Shown piece after piece: positions 12,594 through 23,716 of a stretch of 64,000 bases of DNA; position 1 is the stretch's first letter, and each line of letters starts with the position of its first letter. Under the pieces are notes generated by a model. It made no database searches, was not told the DNA's origin, and worked only from the letters and a program-made list of their open reading frames with translations. The translations under genes and the position numbers were made by a program. The DNA is from Oopsacas minuta (taxonomy: Eukaryota; Animalia; Porifera): positions 646,743-710,742 of the forward strand of contig JAKMXF010000166.1 in assembly GCA_024704765.1 (NCBI GenBank). Direction: 5' to 3'.

Positions 12594-13376
12594 CTAATCT
12601 TGACTTTGAAAGTAATGAGGCAATGAAGACAAATTAGAAGTAGGAAATGAAGGGGGCAATGTCTGAAAATGCGGCAGAGGAGGCATAGTTTGAGCCATCA
12701 GAAGAGAAAGTGTCTTTGATTGATCCGCTGCTGTATGTTGCAAAATCTGGATCACTCGATCGAATTTACTCTCAAGCCGATCTAGCTTAGAATCAATGTT
12801 AGTCAAAATCTCCAATTTCTTATCTTCTTTCTCTAAAATTGCACGTTTGGTCGATTCCAATTCGTCATTTTCCAAACGATGACGTTTTCTTGGGGCTTGT
12901 TGGAAAAACTTTATTTGTTCAATATCTTCAGAGGGAACTGGGCTTATCAGCATCCTTTCAGTTTCATCATTTGCACACTGGGATTCAAGAGAGAGATCGA
13001 TACCCGATTCAATGCCTTCAAAAGCTTCCTTCCCTTTGATGCTACTGATTTTAGCTTCTATTTCATCCAAATCAGCATCTGCAGGACCTCCTCCAGTTTT
13101 TCTTGCTGATGCTAACTTATCTACAATACGAGGCTTATGTTTTGTTAGTATATTATACCATTTTTTCATGACATCATCTCTTGTTCTTACATTCCCATGT
13201 AATTCAGACAGTCTCCCTGAAATTTCTTCCCAGATTTTGTTCTTATCATCGAAAGTTAGAGTTGATGTTAGAGCGCCGAACAATTTCGATTTTTGATCAT
13301 GAATGAGATCCACGAGTGACATAATCTCCTCCTGAGTAAAATTCTTTGAAAGACTTTTCGATTTTTCAGTGGTCAT
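12594..13376 (-). CDS. Harbinger Myb/SANT-like DNA-binding protein (about 260 aa from MTTEKS; the frame is open to 13508)
   Basis: NFTQEEIMSL...KNKIWEEIS...RTRDDVMKKWYN trihelix signature, then RKTGGGP and a C-terminal coiled coil. Confidence 0.9.
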   Translation of the reverse strand: MTTEKSKSLSKNFTQEEIMSLVDLIHDQKSKLFGALTSTLTFDDKNKIWEEISGRLSELHGNVRTRDDVMKKWYNILTKHKPRIVDKLASARKTGGGPADADLDEIEAKISSIKGKEAFEGIESGIDLSLESQCANDETERMLISPVPSEDIEQIKFFQQAPRKRHRLENDELESTKRAILEKEDKKLEILTNIDSKLDRLESKFDRVIQILQHTAADQSKTLSLLMAQTMPPLPHFQTLPPSFPTSNLSSLPHYFQSQD

Positions 13377-13837
13377 TATGAGAGCGAGTGTTAAGATATT
13401 ATCATAATTAACTAACATTTTATTATTATTTATACTTATCACTAAAGATGATAATGTACGTAAATGGATAAAATTGCATAGATTGCGTATATTTTTGCAG
13501 GACGTCACTCAAATGACATTGGCTTTATTTACCTTAGTTTAGATACAAAACTACTATGTTTCAAAATATATGAGATATAATTTAATTACATAAATACATT
13601 TATTGATGTCATAATACAATTCAGAGTGACATCAAGAAATAGTATCTAAATATAGTTGGTATGTAATTCGACTATGGTTCTATGCTGCGGATATTACAAC
13701 ATGTAGATATGATAATCAAACATATTGTCTTAAGCGATAAACAATCTTCTTTATTATTAAATGCGTATTGATTATCATTTCATAGAAAAGTAGAATAAAT
13801 TATAAGTTAAGTGTCCTCTTTACCTCACTAAATATTT

Positions 13838-13926
13838 TTCTTAGAATTGTTCGAATTCTTAGAATTATTCTAAGAATTGAGTCGTATTCTAAGAATTTGA
13901 CTTAAAGTTAAGCAAAATTCTAAGAA
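13838..13926. repeat. right subterminal array of TTCTWAGAA (5 perfect copies)
   Basis: Counted directly. Confidence 0.9.
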
Positions 13927-15523
13927 TTTGACTTAAGAATTTTAGTTAATAAGGCCCCCAGAATTTTCCAATAACTCACGAGTTTTGATTGCCGTATGCG
14001 ATGATGCATTATCTTGATGAAAAAAAATTCCTCTAATGCCTGTCTTCTCCCGCTGTGACTCAATTGCTGTGATGACTTTGGGTAGGCACACTGTAGTGTA
14101 CCAGTCGGCAGTAACAGTCTTTCTATCCTCGAGAGCAACAGCTTCGACAAACCCACCAGATCTGAAAAAAATCGCCCACATTTGTTTCTCAACAGATCTA
14201 GCCCTCCGCACTTTGGTTGGAGGTGGGGCATCTTCTTCAACTCACTCCTTTTACATTTGCTTTGTTTCTGGATCATAATGGTCCATGTCTCATCACCTGT
14301 AAGGATCTCAGAAACAGCTCTTGAACTTCCATTAGCAAACCTTTTGAGCATAATTTTGCAAAAGTCTATATGCGGGATATCTTTTGCTGTAAGTTCAAAG
14401 AATGGGGGATCCATCGGGCACACAAGTTCCTGACACAAATCTCTTCGTGCAAAATGATATTAATTGTCCCCGATGATAACTCGGTTTCATACTCTAACTG
14501 AGCGTACGTAATATGAGGATCTTTAGTAATTAGATCGAGCATTTCGTTAACATTTTCTTCATTATGTGAAATATTCGGTCTTCCTGAACGAGGGGCATCT
14601 TCAAGAACAAAGTTACCGTGAATAAATTCCCTGTACCATCGTTCAACTGTACTTTGAGAAGGAGCTAGATCCGGGAAATGTTCCTGTAAAGGTTCATAGA
14701 TTTCTACTCTTGTCTTCTGTAGTTTGAATAAGATCAAAATCATTGCTCGAAAATCACGTTTTGTGAGATCTGATTTAGATTGAGATATTTTAGAAGCAAT
14801 GTTACTAAAATTATCTAATTTATGAAAGTAGAAGAGATAAATGAATGAAAGTTTCAAAAATAGACTAATAAAATATGTCTGAAAAGATGGATGCGGAATA
14901 ATATCCGACAAATTAATGGTTTCATATCAAACGGCAAAACTTTTCGAGTGCCCCTCGTAGTAGTTGGGGCACTATGTGTATTTGGTTAAATTTAACAATT
15001 TATAGTGCTTCCAATTACTATCGCCACATTGAACTAATTACATTAATGAACTAAGCTGTCGGCACACTTTGTAATTTTAGATTTTTTGCGAGCGTAGCTA
15101 GCAGTCTTTATAAAATTGTATGCACACCAAAATAGTACAGCTGCGACTGAATTTCATCGTTTACAATCAAAAGAAGATCAGAGCTAATTTTTGCTGTTGT
15201 TTGTCTAATGCAGTGGTGCGGGTGACGCAATCTATCGAGACTGTGGACGTAGAGTTATACTCCTACGCTAGTACCCCTCGACAAATGTTTGAGCTATATC
15301 AGCATAGGCGCCATTATTGTTCATTTTGTCGATCTTTATTGAGCGGACACAACCACTGGTTTGGTTGGTTACATGCACATCTTATGTAGGGGTTTGACTA
15401 AGCGGCGGTCTTATGGGGGCCGGAGTCAACCTGGGCATTTACTCCGGGTTTGAAAATTCTGGCCCTGCCAGATCCAGGGACCGCCCCTTTGACTGTATAT
15501 CAAGGATAATAAACATGTAAAAC

Positions 15524-15716
15524 ATAAAATCTGGTTATTCGAAGGGCACACTGCTTCAGCTTCCTTCAGGATACCATGACTTTAATCAGGACGATTCTGT
15601 AATTGATTTCCAGGCTACTCGTCAGAGGTCACCTTTTGTACCACATCGGATATCTACCTCAGTCAACTAGAGTTGGGTATCCGATAAGATCTCCTCACTC
15701 CTTCCTAAAATACACG
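15524..15716 (-). repeat. dispersed repeat shared with 23364-23570, possibly the 3' end of a non-LTR retrotransposon
   Basis: Near-identical blocks, e.g. GTCAGAGGTCACCTTTTG..CCACATCGG..CTACCTCAGTCAACTAGAGTTGGGTA. Confidence 0.55.
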
Positions 15717-15758
15717 CTAATTCTTAATTTACATAATGGTATTAATGCCGTCTATGTA

Positions 15759-15848
15759 TATCAGGATGCGATGAGTATAGTCAGGAAATATGGTAGCCCT
15801 GACTTTTTCATTACATTTACATGTAATCTGCAGTGGGAGAAGATTATG
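15759..15848 (+). pseudogene. Helitron Rep domain fragment
   Basis: YQDAMSIVRKYGSPDFFITFTCNLQWEKI matches the conserved Helitron Rep motif YQDAMAIVRxxGKPDLFITFTCNPxWxEI. Confidence 0.85.
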
Positions 15849-18305
15849 TCCGCTCATTCCAAATTTACATATTTTTTCAAAATCCCACCCTGAATATACA
15901 CTATCTCGCAGTATATATTAATCAACGCATTTTTATTGGAAAGATCTGAAATGACTCGATTCTAACAACAATTGGCAGATAGGTGCCAATATCCATTGGA
16001 ATGTTCTGCAATTAATTAATGAAAACAAATACTGGAGACTAGGCCATGAAAAGTAAATATACTTGTTGGTTGGCTATATTTGTGAAATCTTATTCATTTG
16101 AAATTTCTAGCATAATTGGACATTCGGTTGCTCAAACCCTTAGGGGAAATCAAAATTTGTTCGAGTTAACGGCTTGCAAAATTTAATACAAGAGGCGCCC
16201 CTGGTAAACTTTCCAGATGGCGTGTGTCTGTCGCACTCAATATATAGGGTGGCGCATTTGATAACGGACCGAAACATCACGGGTATACATATTTAGAAAT
16301 ATCTATTCATTTCATATTGTATGGAATTACAAAACGTATTAGATTAACTAACAAATAGTCCATGAAGTTGTGTTTGATATTATCATTAGAAAGCAACGAA
16401 AATTGATTCGCAAGTACAATTCTAATTTTCATTACCTAAACACAAATATCAAATACAATATTTGGTGCATCAGGATTCGTTTTTATGGTAAATATCCATA
16501 AATTAGCATAAATTCTTAAATCGAGAATACATTAGAGAGCCTCATATGGTATTTTGGCAGGTCGCATTAGGGCTGCTGGTCGTAGTTTGGGGATCCCTGT
16601 AATAAACAACCCATTCTAGAAATTATATAACTGATTTTAATTTACTATACTAATATTAAGAAACTCTTCTTCTTTCATAGCCTTCTGGTCCACTAACATA
16701 TATAGTCGTAATTACATAGTGATCATAGAGGCAGATTGGGGGTTTTCAGATTGTATAGGACAACAGCCGGGTTAGAAATATTGAGGGCAATAGTTAAAAT
16801 TTGTTCATGAATTAAAATAATTAAAAAATATTACAAAGGTTCGCAGTTTCAAGGCTGTAATTTCTAAAGGAAAACAGAAAAGGGCTCGAAGAGATGGCGA
16901 ACGGTTTTTCTATATACCGTGAACCGAATAGTAAAACGAGAGGAAGGAATATTGGTTCAAACTAACGAATGATTACGGGTATTCGAGATAGCGGATGTTG
17001 ACTGTATGTGCAAAAAGGTATCAAAATATGATAAATCATATACAGATCTATATCAATATTGGAACCTCAATACTCGATTACCCCTGGCTAACCATTGGAA
17101 CTTATAGAATCAATTTGTAATAAATGCAAAGAGGTGTGAATATAATTACGTGATCATATGATTGTTATGAATTAGAATTTTTCAGGCTCTGAAAATGTCA
17201 AAATCGGAAACAACGCACCCAATAACCCTTGACAACATGATGTATCACATAAATATGTAAAATTTTCACTTTAGAAAAATTCATACCAGAGATGCAAATC
17301 TCAGACCAAAATGTATGTCTACCAATTTCCAGTAAATCGGAGTTCTAGATTTGGCCCGGCACTTACAGGGGGTACCCAAAGGGGGGCAGGTAGGGCACCC
17401 CAAATTTCTGTAAAATACAGAGAATGACATTATCTATCTGTAAGGAATATGTGAAAAAACTTGCAAGAAAATATTAGGCCGCTGTTACCGATCCCATAAA
17501 TTAGTGTATAATTTAGAGGGTCGATATGTAAAAAAACTAGACTCAGCTAGCCTAGCGACGTCGAAAGAGGGGTCCAACGGTGGGGTTGGGACAAATTTTG
17601 TGAATGGAATGCCACAGTCCTGCGTTGCTAAGGAAAAATATCTCAAATATATTCGCATGACCACTCAAACGACACGGAATGTTAAGCTTTCCCCGAATTC
17701 AGTAATAAAGAATGATCTAACATAGTATGAAGAAAGGATTGATAAGGGCAATTATGGCGAATTCTTTCGGAGGTGAAAATTTTCGGACAGCTGCCATGGC
17801 CAACATATGTACCATTTCAAATGCATAAATATCCAAAAATGTTTATAATACGCTAATGTACATATGTACAAATTTTTTGGTGCTTTTATCACACTAATAC
17901 ACTAACATGAAGGTGAATTACTATAAACTATTCATTTCAATTCAACAACTTACGAAATTCATGTTCCTAAGTAAATCTCAGGAAATAAATTACAAAAGTT
18001 GATAACTATGATGCCATTTACAATGGTGTTTTGGGGATCGGCACCACCCTTACTTATGTTCCTGGGGGAGGGTTTCACAGAAAAAGGATTAGCTTGAACA
18101 GGGATAGCCCCTACATCGATTTGGGCAAACCACCACTGGCCACTATGGCAGTGTTTCCCATCAGTGGCTGCGCCAGGACCTAATATACTTTCGGGAAAAA
18201 GACTAACTACTATGTGTTGCAGTGAAAATGGAATAGTATGGTTTAACCGGTTGAGCAAATGATTGTTCATTCCGCCATTAAAGACATAGGTATTTGAGTA
18301 CTTTA

Positions 18306-19611
18306 CAGGGTGTCCAATAAGTTCTGCCACATTGAAAAATTATTGGAACTAACGAATTCTCATTCGATCTTGTTGACATTTTAACATACGCTTCTACATA
18401 CTATTACATATATTTTATACGACTGTCATTCAATATATCCACCCTTTTGCTTGATGACAGACTTCAGACGCTGATTGACTACCGCTACAGCGGTACGAAC
18501 CATTTCTTGAGGGATATTTTCCCATTCTCGCCTCAAAGATGTCTTCAATGATTCGATATTCGTATGAGACTTTGAGCAGGCTCTTGACTCCAAAGTCGAC
18601 CAAAGAGAGAAATCCAAAGGGTTTAGGTCTGGACTAGAGGGAAGCCATTCTACCTTCGTGATAAAGTGGGAAATATTCGCAACAAGCCACTCTTGAGTGC
18701 TTTTTGCAGTGTGAGCAGGCGCATCGTCCTGTTGAAACACAAATGAACCATTTTCAAACATGGTCTTGCCAAGGTCTTTCACTAATGGTTCTAGGATGAG
18801 CTCCTTGTATGTCGCAGCGATTTTTACACCAGATGGGACAAAAACAAGCGGTGTCCGACCAACAGAGGATATTCCCGCCCAAACCATCACCGAGAGTGGT
18901 TTCTGGACTCGTTTGACAAATCTGTATTTCTCAGGGAGCAGAGGTACATGTCGAAAAAATTCTATCATTCTGACGATTTGATGCTTGCTCCACAGTAAAG
19001 AGTTTCTCGTCAGAGAAAAGTACTCGATCTAGGCCTTGGGTGGCGAATCGGGAAAGGAGTCCTTTGCTTCTTGGCAGCCTCTTTATTTTTATTTGATCAG
19101 TAATGAAGTGAACTTTTCTCCGCTTAAAAGAAGATAACCCTAAGTCTCTTCTTACAATATTTTGAAGCGATCCACGAGATATTTTAGTTCTTTGGCCATT
19201 TTTCTTACTGATCGCTGAGGATTCCGCCATACACGACTCCTGACTGTCTTTCTCATCTGTACAGTCGTAACTGACACTGGGCGACCAGTTCTAGGTTGGT
19301 CTATAATGCTACCAGTCTCGTTGAATCGTTTTATAGTACGAAATATCAACTTTCTTCTTGTTTCTGGAATATTTAGTATTCTCCTGATTTCCTTTTGATT
19401 TTTCCCATTTTTGAATAATTCAATTATTGCTGATCATTTGCTTTCAATTGCCACCAAATTTGTTGCTATGTACTAAATGCTATACTATTCTGTTGAATTT
19501 CGATCCTAAGACTTAAATCAATGAATTGAATACGAAAGCTACCTATTTATCATGGTTACATAAAATATATTACTATATAAAGTTATGGGGCAGACCTTAT
19601 TGGCCACCCTG
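18306..19611 (-). mobile_element. maT-type (DD37D) Tc1/mariner element with a frameshifted transposase
   Basis: TIR CAGGGTG(T/G)CCAATAAG(T/G)TCTGCC and TA TSD on both sides. Motifs LFSDEK, QQDDAPAH, SPDLNPLDF, with 37 residues between the 2nd and 3rd D. Confidence 0.93.
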
Positions 19612-20049
19612 TATAGTACATACAGTATAGTAGTCCTTTTATTTAGTGAAAATTGGGGATGCAAGGGCACAAGATTTATTTATGTATCTCTGACGGGTTT
19701 ACTAGCAATATATTTCAAGGGAGACTTATGCCTCCCTGTTTCCCCTGTCGCTGCCACTAGTTCCCATAGTTCTTCTTTAATTCCCCAAAAATTTGAAAAC
19801 AAAATTAATGAAATATCTAACAAATTAATATTTTAACAAATATGATATAGAATACATATAACAAAATCAGGGTTAGGGTGTCCTGAAGATGTCTAAATAT
19901 TGTAAAAATAATTGCACACCCCTAAGGCAATTAGAACACACAGATCGTAATTTGGTTCCTAACGACGCTCACAAAGATGGTAACGTCCTCTTTTTATTGG
20001 AATAACAGTGCTTACGCTAGGTAGTGTTGATTCATCTATTGCTGTTGAA

Positions 20050-20887
20050 GTAATTGGCAAATGTGACTGGATAAGACAAACGCGAGTACCGAGTATACGT
20101 CATATACGTTTTCAACGGAATCGGCCCGTAGCAGATATGTAGAGTAACTGTCGATTTAGAATTTCCAGTTAACTACAAATCTGGTCAGGGTGGATTAGGG
20201 ATGTTATTAAGATCGTGGAGTTAGTCAATCAGAGTGTCAGCGATAACCTCAAAATATCAGGCGCAGTGATAAAGAGAATCTAAGATATTGGAAATCTAAT
20301 TCTATAGTCAAAGCGGGTGATTTCGTATTGTTAAGGGACGAAGTCAGGGGTGACTGCCTGAAACCCTTGTTAATCGGTGCAAAAGGGTTATACAAGTGAT
20401 GGGATTTCGTGGCAAAAGTACAGCTACATCGAACCCTCGAGATCAGACTTCCGACCCAGCCAGCGAAGGGAAGAGGGGTTTCAGACCAGGATGAAACGGA
20501 TGTTGTCTACACATGGCTTATGGAGGAACAGGAAATTGGGTTGACAGGTTTATCGGACCCTAACGTTCGGAGAGCTAAATTGCCAGATGACTGGTTCCCG
20601 TAACATTTCAAGCTTTTGTAGCACCCCTCCCACTCGCCTCACTTAGCGCCTCTAATTATTGGACGGGAGTGTTATGTTAAATTGAGTATTAGCCTCCACT
20701 CTTAATTAGTTATTTACTTCGTTACACTTAGATACGAACTAGATTGAACCACCCAAATTGAATAAACCAGGATCTCTTATACTATGTTATCTACTTTCTG
20801 TCTTCATCAAAATTGTATTATTGGAGTTCATTTTGTCTGATAATAAAGTGTTTAACCGATTATTGTCGAAGTGTTACATTCGTAACA
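20050..20887 (+). mobile_element. Gypsy-like retrotransposon 3' remnant: decayed integrase tail, PPT and 3' LTR (about 20670-20887)
   Basis: Integrase-tail-like GDFVLLRDEVR and NVRRAKLPDDW. Purine tract GGACGGGAG immediately precedes TGTTATG. The putative LTR contains AATAAA and ends CGTAACA. Confidence 0.55.
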
Positions 20888-21451
20888 AAAAGAAACACTT
20901 CGTTCTAACCAATTCTCACACCGAAATCGACATTTTAGCAGCTTTTTGACGTCATAAAATGACACATTTTCCGGGAGTATTTGGTTAATAGAGAAAGCTT
21001 AGGGATAGGTGTGATCGCGTTTAATTATTGAATATGAGAAAAGCCTTACACGAGACAATGCAACATACGAGATCTCATTTGGATTAACTAAGAGGTGACT
21101 GAGATATAATGCATTAAGTCGTGCTCATAACTTGTTGCTGTAGACTTCACACTAGTAAAGAAAACAGAAAATTGTTTCACATGATAAATTCGTAAGTATG
21201 TATTAAATTCGGATTTCGCTTATTACGTATATCCGAAGTCTGAATTTTTTTGAGGTATTTCAAAGTACTCAGCGCGTAGTCCAGCGTGTACTTTACGCGG
21301 GCTGAAAACTTTACTACTAAACTCGATATTTCTTTGCCGACAACAAATTGAGGATTTTTTATCTTTCCTAGTGTGCATACTGTGTTTGCTTTTGCGTCTA
21401 TTTATTCTTGTAAATATAAATAAACCACATAATTATTTTACTACTTCCTAG

Positions 21452-22054
21452 CAGGGTAGGAGTTTAACCCTGGTTAAACAAGTTTAGCCCGGCCCAGTGG
21501 GTAATACCCAGTTAAACCGGGTATTACTAGTTTAACCCGGGTAATCAAACTATAGAAGTATATTTCCACTTTTGGAAACTCAATTTCAATATTATTTAAT
21601 GAGGTCACTGGGCCTGCCACCTGAACTGGCCCTTACTAGTTAATGGGTAAAATACAGAAAATTGAGATATATTATAGGAACACTAAATACGTATTTACGA
21701 TGATAATATAATGCGAACTTGGATTTGCTTGCGAATATCTGAAACCTTGTATGAGTGACATCAGCTTTATCAATGCCAATATATGTCTTCACTAAGCTAT
21801 ATTAATTAAATGAAGACACCATATCAGAATTTAGCTCTATTCTATTACCACTTGTAAGACGTATGGTTTTAAGTCAAATTGTACGATTACAGATCTTTAT
21901 TTATGAAGACTGAATATTTACTGTGTTTACAATTTAATCAAATTATAATCTGGAAATCCTAAATTGGAGTCTCAAACACAATTTAGGTAGTTTACCCAAT
22001 TAAACCCACTAAATGGGGTTTAAACCGGTAGGTGGGTTAAACTAGCCAACCCTG
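21452..22054. mobile_element. non-autonomous hAT element
   Basis: CAGGGTAGG / CCAACCCTG ends, 8-bp TSD CTTCCTAG / CTTCCTAC, subterminal TTAAACC and AACCC repeats. Confidence 0.8.
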
Positions 22055-22353
22055 CTTCCTACATTTCTTAGTAAAGCTACTGGAGGTCTCAAATATTACA
22101 GACCTGGCTACTTATTCAATTGATCGATTACGTCACTTGTTAACTTCTGCACTCAGGAAATCTCTTAATCTTTTTTTATTTACAATATTGAATTAATCTA
22201 ATCCCTCACGAAGAGACGAATTAATTCGCATCCTGTTGAATATACATATAAGAATTTTAAAATGTAAATCGGATTCAGCGTACTTAATTACCCCTATATA
22301 ACATTTAGCATTTGAGAGCAATTATCAACCACAATTTTGAAAATTGCTTTATA

Positions 22354-23042
22354 CAGTGGAAGCCGCTTAATCGGGACAGCTCGGGAGTCAATGTTTTGTC
22401 CCGATTAACCGATTATGATTATTGAAGTATTCGAAACTAGTTTTTCATTGTCACATGACCAGATATATCCTATTTCTCTATTACTAATCTTGATTTATCT
22501 AGGTTTAGTAGAGATTTGGTTGTAGTATGGGTATAGTTCTGCTTCAAGAGGTCATGGAATGCGTTACGATATATACTTAAAAAGTAAGAAAATAAAGTTT
22601 AAATAATTATGCATGTGTTTATTACCGCAACCCATGCAAAACGTTTGGGTATCCAACAGTGTGGCCATTATTGAGGGAATTATACACGGTGGAATAGCCA
22701 ATGGAACCTGAGGCGAGGGAGCAATGTTAATAATCTTAGTTTAGTAAATGGTAATCGCATCGGTGTTGTATTGTTATAGTTGTAGAGAAATTCAAATTCC
22801 TAGTTTTACAACAAACCATTTTACAACGATTCTGAATAAATATACAATCTTTAAATTGAGATAGAAGTACCAATTAAGCGAATACAATTAATATCCGGTT
22901 AATCGGGATAAGAAATCCTGATTAACCGATTCGATGTCCCAATTATCCGATGATTTTTCTATGTAAAAATCTGTTCCCAAACCATTGTCCCGTTTCAGCG
23001 GATATCTCGATTATCCGAGTCCCGATTAAGTGGCTTCCACTG
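22354..23042. mobile_element. pogo/Tigger-like non-autonomous element (689 bp)
   Basis: TA|CAGTGGAAGCCGCTTAATCGG ... CCGATTAAGTGGCTTCCACTG|TA. Confidence 0.88.
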
Positions 23043-23363
23043 TATTACAACAGATAAATTTAAATATGACAAAAAACGAAATCGAATTCTGTATATGCTT
23101 TTCATTGAAATTTGAATATTACCATTACAAAGCGGGAATAAACATTTAGAGATTTAGATAACACTATATGACCAAAATTACCTTTCAAAGTGGGCTAACA
23201 GACAACAGATAATCAAAATTACATGTATATATTATTATTATTATTATTATTATAATCATTACTCTAATACCCAAAATAAAGTTTTCATTCCTATTCTAGG
23301 AAAATCTATGATATTTTCTAAAAATGGAGACCTAGTTGGTGGTATCCAACTACTCCCTTTGGC

Positions 23364-23716
23364 AACATAAAATCAGGCTACTCAAAGGGCACACTGATTC
23401 AGCTTCTTTCAGGATAACATGACTTTAATTAGGACGAATCTGTAATTGATTTCAGGCTACTGATCGTCCCATTTGTCAGAGGTCACCTTTTGGACCACAT
23501 CGGAGGTCTACCTCAGTCAACTAGAGTTGGGTAACTGACAAGATCTCCTCCCTCCTTCCTAAATACACGCTCGATCACACCAGAAATTCCTCCACCCTCC
23601 CCATTTCTTGATCCTTCCTCTGCATGCTCCTCCCAGGATTTATCTCCACAGCATTGTACATATTGGACTTCCAATTCCGCGTAATTTGTTGTTCTTTGCA
23701 CTATAAATAATATCAT
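23364..23716 (-). mobile_element. probable LINE ORF2 3' remnant
   Basis: Decayed Cys/His stretch (SPIC..CCGD...WEEH) upstream of the segment shared with 15524-15716. Confidence 0.4.

Larger units (their letters stand above)
11113..13958. mobile_element. complete PIF/Harbinger transposon with convergent nuclease and Myb/SANT genes
   Basis: TIR GGGCCTTATTAACTAAAATT / AATTTTAGTTAATAAGGCCC, CAG on both flanks, two intact ORFs, subterminal palindrome arrays. Confidence 0.95.
10837..14960 (-). mobile_element. mariner transposon, full length but interrupted by Harbinger and pseudogenised
   Basis: TIR CTACGA(A/G)GGGCACTCGAAAAGTTTTG and TA TSD on both sides. Minus-strand fragments: LEDAPRSGRP, CARWIP, LTGDETW, HQDNASSH, and PDLA.CDFWLFPRLK left of the Harbinger. 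Confidence 0.92.
10754..15101. mobile_element. MITE (CTAG...TGTGCCGACAGCTTAGTT termini) split by the mariner insertion
   Basis: 10754-10810 and 15045-15101 are inverted repeats. The related motif TGTGCCGACAGC lies in a hairpin-like copy at about 5365-5495. Confidence 0.6.

Noticed and set aside
17959-18330. 123-aa minus-strand ORF, or a LINE RT remnant (VVPIPK in another frame)
   Set aside because: It starts within the transposon TIR, and a single short motif is insufficient support.
23229-23253. (TAA)n as the tail of the adjacent LINE-like piece
   Set aside because: Homology between the two copies ends at about 23364, roughly 110 bp from the tract.
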